Shown: positions 49,533 through 61,500 of the stretch, piece after piece
Position numbering within the stretch: the first letter of the stretch is position 1
Layout: the number at the start of each line of letters is the position of its first letter
Assembly (NCBI GenBank): GCA_027487245.1
Contig: JAIYDY010000007.1
Span: forward strand, 21,018 to 85,017
Length of the DNA: 64,000 nucleotides
DNA from: Hyphomicrobiales bacterium
GTDB lineage: Bacteria > Pseudomonadota > Alphaproteobacteria > Rhizobiales > Beijerinckiaceae
Reading direction: 5' to 3'
Translations under genes and position numbers: made by a program
The notes under the pieces: model-generated
The model's database searches: none
Seen by the model: the letters and a program-made list of their open reading frames with translations, nothing else
Told to the model about the DNA's origin: nothing

Positions 49533-52500
49533 AGTCGCCGGCCTGGATCTGATTGGTGAAAAACCGGGCGACTTGCACCCTTGCAGCCGCTCCTGTGCCA
49601 TCCGCATCGTAGTAGAGGCCAAACTGGGAAGGCTCCTCGAACTCGTAGTAGAACTGGGCTGCTGTTCCCACTGCGGATTGGTTAAGTTGCCCAGTATAGC
49701 CCAAGTTCGTGGCATCGCCGAAGCCTGCGAAGGCTGCCTTGCTGATCACAATTTTTTCGAAACCGGCTTCGTAACCAATGACGGTATCGAACTGACCTCC
49801 GGTCGGCAGCCAGTCGAAGACGAAATGCTCGATCTGAGAGTTCACGAAGTCGAGCACGCCAGATGAGCCCTGCAAGGTGTCGGCACCCTCGCCGCCGTTC
49901 AGCGTGTCGGCACCTGTACCGCCAACCAGGATGTCATTGCCGATGCCACCGACGAGGCTATCCGCCCCAGTGCCGCCAACAAGGCTGTCATTGCCGGCTC
50001 CGCCAACAAGCGTGTCGTTGTTGACTGTGCCGGTGATGGTGTTGTTTCCGGCGTTGCCAGTGCCGTTGAAGCCGCCTGAACCCGTGAAGGTGAGGATTTC
50101 GACGTTGGCGAAATTGGCAATCGAGAAGGTCGAGAGGTTCGTGAAGACAGTATCGAGGCCAGCGCCAAGTGCTTCGGTGATCGTTGTGGTCAAGTTGGTC
50201 ACAAAATAGCTGTCATCGCCGGCCCCGCCGATGAGGCTGTTGGTGCCGGCTTCGCCATGAAGCGTGTCGTTGCCATTGCCGCCGTTCAGCGTGTCGTTGC
50301 CGGCGCCACCGCGGAGGGTGTTGTTCAGGTCGTTGCCTGTGCCGTTGAAGGTGCCGGCGCCGGTGTAGGTGAGGTTCTCGACAAAGTTGTAAGTCGCAAT
50401 CGACAACGACCCGAAAGAGGTCTCCACCGTATCGGTTCCTCCGAATTCGGTTTCGACCACAATATCACCCTGCACATCGACCACGAAGGTATCGTTGTCG
50501 GCGCCGCCGACCATCGAATCGATGCCGGTGCCGCCAACCAGGGTGTCGGCGCCAGACTCGCCGATCAGCGTGTCGTTGCCAGCCCCTCCATCCAGCCGGT
50601 TGGCCAGCGATGTGCCCGTCAACGTATCGTTGAGTCCGGAACCGATGATATTCTCGACGCCGCTGACCTGATCACCCTGTGCGTGGCCGCCACTGCCTGT
50701 GGCGAAACCGAACTCGTTGAGGTCCAGCGTGACGCCAAGGTTCGATCCCGCGTAGCTCACGGTGTCGTCGCCAGAGCCGCCGATGATCGTATCAGCGCCG
50801 CCAAGACCGATGAGAGTGTCGTTGCCGTTGTTGCCAGCAAGGTAGTCGCCAATATTCGACCCGGTGAGCAGTGAGCTTCCAGAGCCATCGTTGATGTAGA
50901 CCCCAGCCAGGGTGGAGAGGGCCACGCCCGCGCCGCCCGCGAAGCTGACGAACTCGACGTCCGTCAAGGTGTCGACACCGTCACCACCGACGAGTGAGTC
51001 TGTCACGATGACCTGGGCCGTGCTGGTCAGGACAAAGGTATATCGCGCAGCGGTTCCGCTCAGGCGGACAGTGTCGGCGGTGCCCGCCCCACCATCAATG
51101 CTGTCATTGCCACCTCCGCCAATCAGCGTGTCATCGGCCTCCCATCCAAGGAGCGTATCGTTGCCGGCCCCGCCGGTGATGATGTTGGCAAGGCGGCTGC
51201 CCTCGCCTCTGAAATTGCCAGTGCCTGTAAAGGTCAGGTTCTCGACATTGTTCGGGTTGCCACCAGGAACGTAGAGATTGAAGGCTGCAAGCGTTGTCAG
51301 GATCGTGTCGATGCCTGCGTTGAGGTCCTCGGTGACAACATCGAATGCATTGTCGACAGTGTAGGTGTCATTGCCCGCCCCGCCGATCATCGTGTCGGCT
51401 CCGAGGCCACCATTCAGAGTGTCGTTGCCGACATTGCCGGTGATCACGTTTGCCGCGCCGTCGCCGGTGCCGGTGAAGGCCAAAGTGCCGATGTAGGTCA
51501 GGTTTTCGACGTTGGCGTAGGTCGCCAGCGAAGCAGTCGCGAGCGTGGTCTGGATTGTGTCCGTCCCGCCGCCTGTTTCGCTCACCACATCGGACGTGGC
51601 ATTGACGACATAGGTGTCGTTGCCGGCCCCGCCGGTGAGCGTGTCGTTGCCAAGCCCGCCATCGAGCAGGTTATCGAGCCCGTCGCCGGTGAGGCTGTCG
51701 TTGGAGGCCGAGCCGATGATATTCTCGACTTGGCTGACCTTGTCGCCCTCGGCATGGCCGCCCACGCCGGTGGTGACGGTCGCGCCGTTCAGGGTCAGCG
51801 TGACGCCGGCGTTCGAAGCGGCATAACTCACCGTATCGACGCCTGCGCCGCCAATGAGTTCGTCCCCACCTGCCAGGCCGATCAGGGTGTCATTGCCACC
51901 GCTGCCGATGATGTAGTCGATGAAGCCGGTGCCGGTCAGCACGGCGGCGGGAGCATTGTGGAAAATGGAAACGCCGGCCAGCGTGCTGAGGGCGATGCCC
52001 GCGCCGCCTGCGAAGCTGACGAACTCGATGCCGTCGAGCGTGTCGACACCGTCATCGCCGACTGCAAGGCTGTCCGTCACGGTGATGCCGTTGCTGGTGG
52101 CGAGGAAGGTGTAGCGCGTTGCTGGCCCGCTCAGGCGGATGGTGTCGCTGCCAACGCCGCCTGACAGGAAGTCATTCCCGCCATTGCCGATCAGCGTATC
52201 GTTGCCGTCAAGGCCATAGAGGCTATCGTTGCCACTGCGACCGGTGATCACGTTGGCAAGCGTGTTGCCCCTGCCGTCGAAAGTGCCGACGCCGGTAAAG
52301 GTCAGGTTCTCGATGTTTTCGTCGGAACTGCCCGGCAAGCTGGTCAGGAACAGGCCATTCAGTGTCGTCTCGATCGTGTCGACGCCGGCATTGGCTGCTT
52401 CAGTGATAAAATCGCTGGCATTGTCGACAACATAGGTGTCGTTGCCGAGGCCGCCGGCCATCTCGTCATTGAGTGCGCCACCATCAAGGCGGTTTGCGCC

Positions 52501-55500
52501 AGCATCGCCGGTGAGCGTGTCGCTCGAGGCAGAACCGATGATATTCTCGAAGCCGCTGATCTGGTCGCCTTCCGCATCGCCGAGGCTGCCGGTGGTGATG
52601 AGCAGGCCATTGAGCGTGACCCTCACAGATCCGAGTGAAGCTGCATAGGTGAGCGTGTCGATGCCGGTGCCGCCGATCAGGACATCGCCGCTGGCGCTGC
52701 CTGCGATGGTGTCATTGAGGTCGCCGCCATCGATGTAGTCGGCCAGCGCTGTGCCGGTGAGGTTCGCCGCAATCCCGGCAGGGTTCACCTGCGCAGGGCT
52801 GATCAGCGTGCTGATCGCGACGGCTGCGCCGCCCGCGAAACGCACGAACTCGATCCCGTCCAGCCTGTCGGTGCCATCCGTGCCGGCATTGTGCGTCACG
52901 AAAAGGCCCGTCGGTCCGTTGCTGAACGTGTAGGCGGATTGCGGGCCTGACAGGAGCACGGTGTCGTTTTCTGTGCCGCCTACCAGCGTGTCGTTGCCAG
53001 CGCCGCCTGTCAGCGTATCGTCACCGACCCCGCCGAGGAGGGAGTCCGCGCCGCCATTGCCAACAAGGCTGTCCGCGCCATCGCCACCATTGAGCGTGTC
53101 GTTGCCGATGCCGCCGGTGATGGTGTTGGCACCCGTGTTGCCGGTGCCGCTGAAGTTGCCGGTGCCGGCAAAGGTCAGGTTCTCGACGTTGGCGTAGTTG
53201 GCGATCGAGATCGTAGCGGCCGCCGTCTGCACCGTGTCCGTGCCCGCGCCGGGGTCTTCTGTGACGACATCGGTTTGCACATCAACGATGTAGAGGTCAT
53301 TGCCCAAACCGCCGATGAGCGTGTCAATGCCTGCGCCGCCATTCAGCGTGTCCGCGCCGTTGCCGCCTTCGAGCCGGTTTGCGCCAGCGTCGCCTGTCAG
53401 CGAGTCGCTCTGGCCGGAGCCGAGGATGTTTTCGAAGCCGCTGATCTGATCGCCTTCGGCATCGCCGCCGCTGCCGGTGGTGACGAGCGAGCCGTTCAGC
53501 GTCACGGTGACAGGGCCAGTCGAGGCCGAATAGTCCAGCGTATCGAAGCCATTGCCGCCGACAAGGTTGTCCGCGCCGTCAAGCCCGGCGATGGTGTCGT
53601 TGAGGTCGCCGCCGTCGATGTAATCAGACAGGTCAGAGCCGCTAGCCGTGCCGGTGAGCGTGGCAGCAATGCCTGCCCCATTGACGATCCGCTGGCCAAC
53701 TAAAGCACTAATTGCGAAGGTCAGATCTGAAAACGCCAATCGGTCAATGTTCAAAAGCCGATCAGTTCCATCGCTGCCGCCATTGTTGTGGACCACGATG
53801 GCACCCTGCACGTCTGCTATGACCGTGTATTCGAAACTTCCGCCTGACAGGATGATCGTATCGATCTTATTGATTCCATCACCGCCGTTTAGTGTGTCAT
53901 TACCGGCACCGCCGACAAGCGTGTCATTGCCAAGGCCACCAATCAGTGAGTCCGCCCCGAGGCCACCGATGATGCTGTCGTTACCATCACCACCATTGAG
54001 CGTGTCGTTCTGCCCTCCGCCGTTGAGGACGTTACCGAGCGAGTTGCCTGTGCCGGTGAAGGAGCCGGTGCCGTTGTAAGTGAGGTTCTCGACGTTGTCA
54101 TAGGTCGCAATCGACAGGCTGGAGAGCGCCGTGAGGACAGTGTCATTGCCGTAAGTGAATCCGCTAGGATCATTTGCCTGTTCGACAACCGTGTCCGCCT
54201 GATTGCTAACAATATAGGTATCGTTGCCTGCACCGCCCACAAGTCGGTTGACGCCGGTGCCGCCATCCAGCGTGTCATTCCCCAAGCCGACATTGCCGTC
54301 CAGCGTGTCGTTGCCTGCGCCGCCGACCAGACTGTTGGAACCAATGTTCCCGACCAATAAGTCATTGAAGGCAGAACCAATGGCATTCTGGAACCCCAGG
54401 AAGCTGTCGCCCTGCGCATGGCCACCCGCACCGTTGCCGGCACCAGAGTTGTTGATGACGACGGTGACGCCGGCGTTTGATGTTGTGTAAGCCAGAGTCG
54501 AGTTGTTGCCGGCACCAATTATGGTGTCTGCGCCGGCACCGCCCTCGACAGTGCCCATCGATATCCTGTTCAGGATATACTCAGGCAACGCCGTGCCGGT
54601 GAGCGTGCTCGGCCCACTCGTCGAACCAAGGATCCGCGCGCCGACAAGGCTGCTAAGCAGCACCGATGGCCCGCCAGCGAAGCTGACACGTTCGATGTCG
54701 ATGAGCTGATCGGAGCCATCCGTGCCGGTGTGGACGATGCGCAGCACATCGACGCCATTGTCGATGAAGCTGTAGGCCGACTGCGGGCCGCTCAGATTGA
54801 TCGTGTCAGTGCCTTCACCCCCATTGAACGTGTCGTCGCCTGTGCCGCCCACCAGCGTGTCGTCGCCGATGTTGCCGAACAGGGAGTCCGCCCCTGCATT
54901 GCCGATGAGGCTGTCATTGCCATCGCCGCCATCCAGCACGTCGTTCAGCAGACCGCCGGTGATGATGTTGGCAGACGCGTTGCCCGTGCCGGTGAAGTTG
55001 CCGGCGCCAAAGTAGGTCAGGTTCTCGACGTTGGCATAGCTGCCAATGGAGAGCGCGGCGATGTCCGTCCGCACAAGGTCGATGCCGCTGCCGACGATGG
55101 AGTCTTCCGTGACCATATCGCCCTGGGCATCGAGCACATAGGTGTCGTTGCCGAGCCCGCCTGCGAAGCTGTCATTGCCCGCGCCGCCGGTCAGCAGGTC
55201 ATCGCCTGCGCCGCCCAGAAGCGTGTCGTTGGACGCGCCACCGTCAAGCGTGTCGTTGGCACCGCCACCATCGATGATGTTTGCCTGACTGTCGCCGGTG
55301 AGCGCGTCCGCAAAGGCCGAACCGATCAGGTTCTCGAAGCCCGAGATGGAGTCGCCCGCCGCATCGCCGCCCGAGGACGCGCCATTCAGCGTCACGGTGA
55401 CGGCAGCGAGCGAGGCTGCGTAGGTCAGCGTATCGATATCGGAGCCGCCGATCAGCGTGTCCGCGCCGCCGAGGCCCGCGATGGTGTCGTTGCCATTGCC

Positions 55501-58500
55501 ACCATCAATGTAGTCGACAAGCCCTGTGCCGATCAGCGAACTGGATTGGCCGGGCGCGCTGGTGAAGCTGGTGCCGACCAGCGTGCTCAGCAGCACGCTC
55601 GCCCCGCCAGCGAAGCTGACGCGCTCGACGTCGATCAGCTGGTCAACACCATCCGTTCCGCCCGCATTGTGCGTGACGAACACGCCGGCGCCGTTGAGGC
55701 TGAACATGTAGGCCGATTGCAGGCCCGTCAGATTGAACGTGTCGACGCCCGCGCCACCATTGAAGGTGTCATTGCCCGCGCCGCCGATCAGCGTGTCGTC
55801 GCCGCCATTGCCGAAGAGGGAATCCGCCCCTGCATTGCCGATGAGCCGGTCATTGCCGTCATCGCCATCCAGCGTGTCATTGAAGCCACCACCGGTGATC
55901 GTGTTGGCAGACGCGTTGCCTGTGCCGGAGAAGGTGCCGGTTGTGGGGGTGAACGTCAGGTTTTCGACATTGGCATAGTTGCCAATGGAGAGGGAGCCGA
56001 GCGCCGTCTGGACCAGATCGTTGCCCTCGTTCAGCGCTTCGACGACAATATCCGCCTGTGTGTCGAACACATAGATGTCGTCGCCGGCCCCGCCCCGCAT
56101 GTCGTCAGTACCAGCCCCGCCATCGAGGCTGTCGTTGCCAAGGCCACCGAGCAGCCTGTCATTGTCCGCGCCGCCGAGCAGCGTATCGTTGCCGGCGCCG
56201 CCAGCAAGCGTGTCGTCGCCGACAAGACCGCTGAGGCTGTCATTGCCGCCCAGACCGGTGATGGTGTTGCCGAGCCCGTTGCCCACGCCTGTGAAGGCTG
56301 CCGTGGCAAGACCGATGAAGGTGAGGTTTTCGAAGTTGCCGTCGAAATCGGAGCGCAGGGTGAACGCCGCTGCGGAGGTCTGGACCGTGTCGATGCCCTC
56401 GCCAGCAACTTCCCGCAGATCCTCGCCCATCTCGGCGACATAGGTGTCGTCGCCGGTGCGGCCTTCCATGATGCCTAAGCCGTCGCCGCCGACAAGCGTG
56501 TCGTTGCCTTCGTTGCCATAGAGTTCGTCGCTGCCAAGGCCGCCCAGAAGCGAATCCGCCCCTTCAGCGCCGAAAAGCGTGTCGTCGCCGGCGAGCCCCG
56601 ACAAGGTGTCGCTGCTGGTGCTGCCGGTGATGGTGTTGTTGAGTTCGTTGCCCGTGCCGTTTAGCGCCGCAGAGGTTTCCGCGCCCAGGTTCTCGACATT
56701 GGCACCAAGCGTATAGGTGCCGTTGACGTAGACGGTGTCGGTTCCGTTGTTCAGCGCTTCGGTGACGACATCGGTGACATCGGTGCCGAGATAGTAGATG
56801 TCGTTGCCGGCGCCGCCTGCAAGCGTGTCGCGGCCGCCTGCGCCGGTCAGTTCATCGTTCGATGCGCCGCCGGTGAGGATGTTGTTGAGTGCGTTGCCGA
56901 TACCAACCGCGTTCTGGCCATTCGACAGACCGAATTTCAGGTTCTCGATTTGGCCAAATGCCGCATTGGATGGCGAGCTCGGGTTGGCCGGGTTGGACAG
57001 CGCAAAGCTGCCCACGATCTCGATCGTGTCGGTGCCGCCGCCAGCGGCTTCGACGATCGTGAGCTGGTCAGAGGACACGATGTAGGTGTCATCGCCTGCG
57101 CCACCGATCAGGCGGTCAACCGCGTCGCCGACCAGCGTATCATTGCCTGCGCCGCCATCGAGCGTGTCGGAAAAGCCTCTGCTCTCCAGTCTGTTGGCCA
57201 GCGCGTCGCCGGTGATGCTGTTGGCGCTCTGAGCGCTGCCGATGACGTTCTCGAAGCCGCTGATGCGGTCGCCATTGGAGACAATGCCGGTGACAAGCGA
57301 GAGTGTGATCGCGGTGCTCAAGCTGCTATAGTCGAGCGTGTCGATGCCCAGGCCGCCGAACAGGTTGTCGCCGCCATAAGGTCCGGCATTGGACCCAAAC
57401 ACCGTGTCATCGCCAGTGCCGGCGTCGATGTAGTCGACCCTGAGATTGGTGCCGAACAGCGTGTTCGCACCGGTGGTGTTGGTGTTGCTGGCGCTGATGA
57501 AGCTGCCGAAAATGCTGCTCGTCTGCGCGGAGCTTCCGAAGATAGGGTCCAGAAAAACGACCGTCTCGACACTCAGATCCAGCGTGTCGGTGCCGTCTGT
57601 CCCGCTCAGTGCGGTGACCGTGCGCAGGCCTGTCGCTGTGTAGCTGAAACGGTAATCGCCGGAACTCAATGCAAGATTGACTGTGTCGCCGATGCCAGCG
57701 CCGCCGTCGAAGCTGTCATTGCCAGCCCCGCCAACAAGCGTGTCGTTGCCATCACCGCCGCGCAGGGTGTCATTGCCGTTGCCGCCGGTGATGCGGTTGT
57801 CGAGAGTGTTGCCGGTGCCGGTGAAGGCCAACGTGCCAGTGAAGGTCAGGTTCTCGACGTCAGCCAGCGTCGCACCGACCGCGCTGAGCGGGATGGCTGC
57901 AAGGCTGTAGGCCGTGATGGCTGTGCTGACAGTGTCGGTGCCATCGCCGGACGCTTCAACGATCACATCGGTCTGCGCGGACACGACATAGGTGTCATCG
58001 CCCAAACCGCCAATGAGGCGGTTGATGCCGCCAAGGCCGACAAGCGTGTCGTTGCCTTCAAGGCCTGAGAGTGTGTCAGCACCCGCGCCGCCGGTGATCG
58101 TGTTGTCGAGCGTGTTGCCGGTGCCGGTGGAAGCCGCGCCGGTGAACACGAGGTTCTCGATGTCGTCTCCAAGGGTCCGGCTGGTGAGGGCGGTCCGTAT
58201 CGTGTCCGTGCCTTGGCCAGCCTGCTCAACGACCTGATCGTCGGTGTTGTCGACCACGTAAGTGTCATCGCCATCGCCGCCGGTCATGGTGTCGGCGGCC
58301 GTGCCGCCATCCAGCGTGTCGTTGTTCTCGCCGCCGGTGAGGGCATTGGCGAGCGCATTGCCGGTGCCCGAGAAGGCGTCATTGCCGAGGCCGAGATAGG
58401 TCAGGTTCTCGATGTTGGTGTAAGTCGCGAGACTGAAGGCGCTGGCGTTGGTCTCGATCCTGTCAGTGCCGGCATTGGCCGCTTCGGTGATGGCATCGCC

Positions 58501-61500
58501 CTGCACGACGTTGCGATAAACGTCATCGCCGAGGCCCCCGATCAGCGTGTCGCTGCCCAGCCCGCCATCCAGCGTGTCATTGCCAGCGCCGCCGGTGATG
58601 ATGTTGGCCAGTGCATTGCCGGTGCCGGTGAAGCTGCCTGTCCCCTTGAAGGTCAGGTTCTCGACATTGGCGATGCCATCCAGCGAGTAGTTGTCGACGT
58701 CTGTCTCGACGAGGTCGATGCCGCCATTGGCTTCTTCGGTGATGGTGTCCGATGGCGCCAGGGTGAAGAACTGGTTGTTGTCGTCATAGGTGACGACGAA
58801 CACGTCATTGCCGGCACCGCCGATCAGCGTGTCGCTGCCCTCGCCGCCGATGAGCGTGTCATTGCCTGCGCCACCATTAAGGACATCCGAGGCAAGGCTC
58901 TCGCCGCCATCAAGCTGGTTGTTGCCGGCATCGCCGGTGATGGTGTCATCGATTTGCGTGCCGATGACGTTCTCGAAGCCGCTGATCCGGTCGCCGGTGG
59001 CGGAAGCGGTCGAGGACGTGACCGTGGTCACGTTTGTCCCGTTCAGGGTGACGTTGACGCTGAAGCTGGCTCCGACGGTGGAATAGTCGAGAGTGTCGGT
59101 GCCGAGACCGCCGATCAGGATGTCGCCGCCTCCAGCGCCCTGGATCGTGTCGTTGCCACCGGCACCGTCGAGATAGTCGGTCCGGGAGCTTTCTCCTTCC
59201 AGCGTGTTATTGGCCGCTGTCCCGATGAGGGATACGCCAAAGATGCTGTTGACCGCGACATCGACAGTGTTGACGCCATCACGAAACCGGATGGTCTCGA
59301 TGTTGATGAAGATGTCGGTGCCATCACCGCCACCGCCATTGCGTGTGACGGTGGTCTGGCCGGTGGCATTGTAGGCCAAGGTGTAGTCCGACCGCAGGCC
59401 GTTCAGGACGAGCACGTCACCAAACACACTGTCGCCACCGTCGATGCTGTCATTGCCAGCGCCGCCGATCAGCGTGTCATCGCCAGCGCCACCGCGCAGG
59501 GTGTCATTGCCGTTGCCGCCGGTGATGACGTTGTCACCGGCGTTGCCTGTGCCGGTGAAAGTGCCGGTGGTGCCGGTGAAGGTCAGGTTCTCGACGTTGT
59601 CGTAGTTCGCTATCGACAACGAGCCCAGCGCGGTCTCGACCGTGTCGATCTCGAAGGGGCCAAAACCAAACGAGAAATCATCTTCCTCGATCACGTCGGC
59701 CTGCGAGCTGACGACATAGGTGTCTTCACCGCTGCCGCCACGCAGTGTGTTCGTGCCGAGCCCGCCGATCAGCCGGTCGTTGTCACTCCCGCCGTCGAGG
59801 GTGTCATTGCCCGCGCCGCCATCCAGCGTATCGGCACCAGCAGCGCCGATCATGGAGTCAGCGCCGCCAGCGCCGATGATGTGGTTGTTGGCGGCATTGC
59901 CGGAGCCGGTGAAGGCCAGGGTGCCGGTGTAGGTCAGATTTTCGATGCCACTGGCTGAGAAATTGAAATCATCAAGGTCGATGCGCGCAGCAGACGTCCG
60001 GATGGTATCGATGCCGCCAGCATCGGCTTCGATCTGGTCATAGCTGAAGGTGCCGAAGCTGCTGATGCCGTCGATCAGATAGACGTCGTTGCCGAGGCCG
60101 CCGTCCAGGGTGTCACGTGTGGTGCCGTCGAGGCCATCCAGCGTGTCATGGCCTTCGCCACCAATGAGGCTGTCACCGCCGCCGGTGATGCTGTTGGCGC
60201 CACCGGTCAGGCTGTCATGACCATCATTGCCGGTCAGCGTATCGTTGCCGTCACCGCCTGAAAGCGTGTCATTGCCGCCCGCGCCTGTCAGCCGGTTGAA
60301 CTGGGTGTTGCCCGTGCCGGTGAAGTTGCCGGTTCCGGTGAAGGTCAGGTTATCGACCGAAGCGAAGCTGACAAGGCTGTAGGTGTTCAGCGATGTCAGG
60401 ATGCTGTCATTGCCGCCGCCGGCCAACTCGGTGACGACATCGCCGATGTTGTCGACAATGTATGTATCCGAGCCCAGGCCGCCAATCATCGTATCGGCAC
60501 CAGCGCCGCCATCGAGCATGTCGGCAAAGCTGCCGGCACCACTCTCGATGCGATTGTTCAGCGCGTTGCCTGTGCCGGCGAAGGCTCCGGTGCCCGTGTA
60601 GGTCAGGTTCTCGACATTGGCGATGGCAGCCAGCGAATAGCTGGCGAGCGTGGTTTCGACGCGATCCGTGCCCTGCGCTGCAAGCTCGGTGATGATGTCG
60701 TCCGCATCGATGACATAGACGTCATCGCCAATCCCGCCGACAAGCGAATCCGCCCCTGCATCGCCAACCAGCCGGTCATTGCCAGCATTGCCGGTCAGCG
60801 TGTCGGCGCCATCGCCACCGGCGAGGCTGTCGCCGAGGGCGCCACCGGTGATGGCATTGTCCAGTGTGTTGCCAGTGCCGGTGAAGGCCGCCGCGCCCGT
60901 GTAGGTCAAGCTCTCGACGTTGGCGATCGTGGCCAGCGATGCATTGGCCAGCGCCGTCCGGACCGTGTCGGTGCCTTCGCCGCTGTTCTCGGAGACGACA
61001 TCGCCTGCGACGTCCACCACATAGGTGTCATCGCCGAGGCCGCCGACGAGGCTGTCAGCGCCAGCGCCGCCATCGAGGCTGTCGTTGCCGCCATTGCCGA
61101 GCAGGGTGTCATTGCCGAGGCCGCCAAGAAGCGTGTCATTGCCGCCAGCGCCGGTGATGACGTTGTTCAACCCATTGCCCGTGCCGGTGAAATTGCCGGT
61201 GCCGGTGAAGGTCAGGTTCTCGACATTGGCGAGCGTTGCCGGAGCAGCGAGGCTGTAGCTCGCCAGCACCGTCTGGATCGTGTCCGTGCCAGTTCCCGCG
61301 CCAGCCAGTTCGGTGATGATGTCGGTTGCAAGATCGACGACATAGGTGTCGTTGCCGAGGCCACCAGTCATGTTGTCGATGCCGCCGCCGCCATCAAGCA
61401 TGTCGTTGCCAGCGCCACCGATGATGACGTTTGCAAGGTCATTGCCGGTGCCGGTGAAGTTGCCGGTTGTGCCCGTGAAGGTCAGGTTCTCGACGTTGGC

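Noticed and set aside
54730-59958. Plus-strand ORFs of 370-580 aa inside the RTX region (54730..56478, 56950..58068, 58213..59958), plus many Pro/Ser-rich 60-100-aa ORFs with periodic PP.S patterns.
   Set aside because: They are the reverse-complement reading of GGC/GAC/ACC/GTC-rich repeat codons, which rarely produces stop codons. Their periodicity simply mirrors the RTX repeats on the minus strand.
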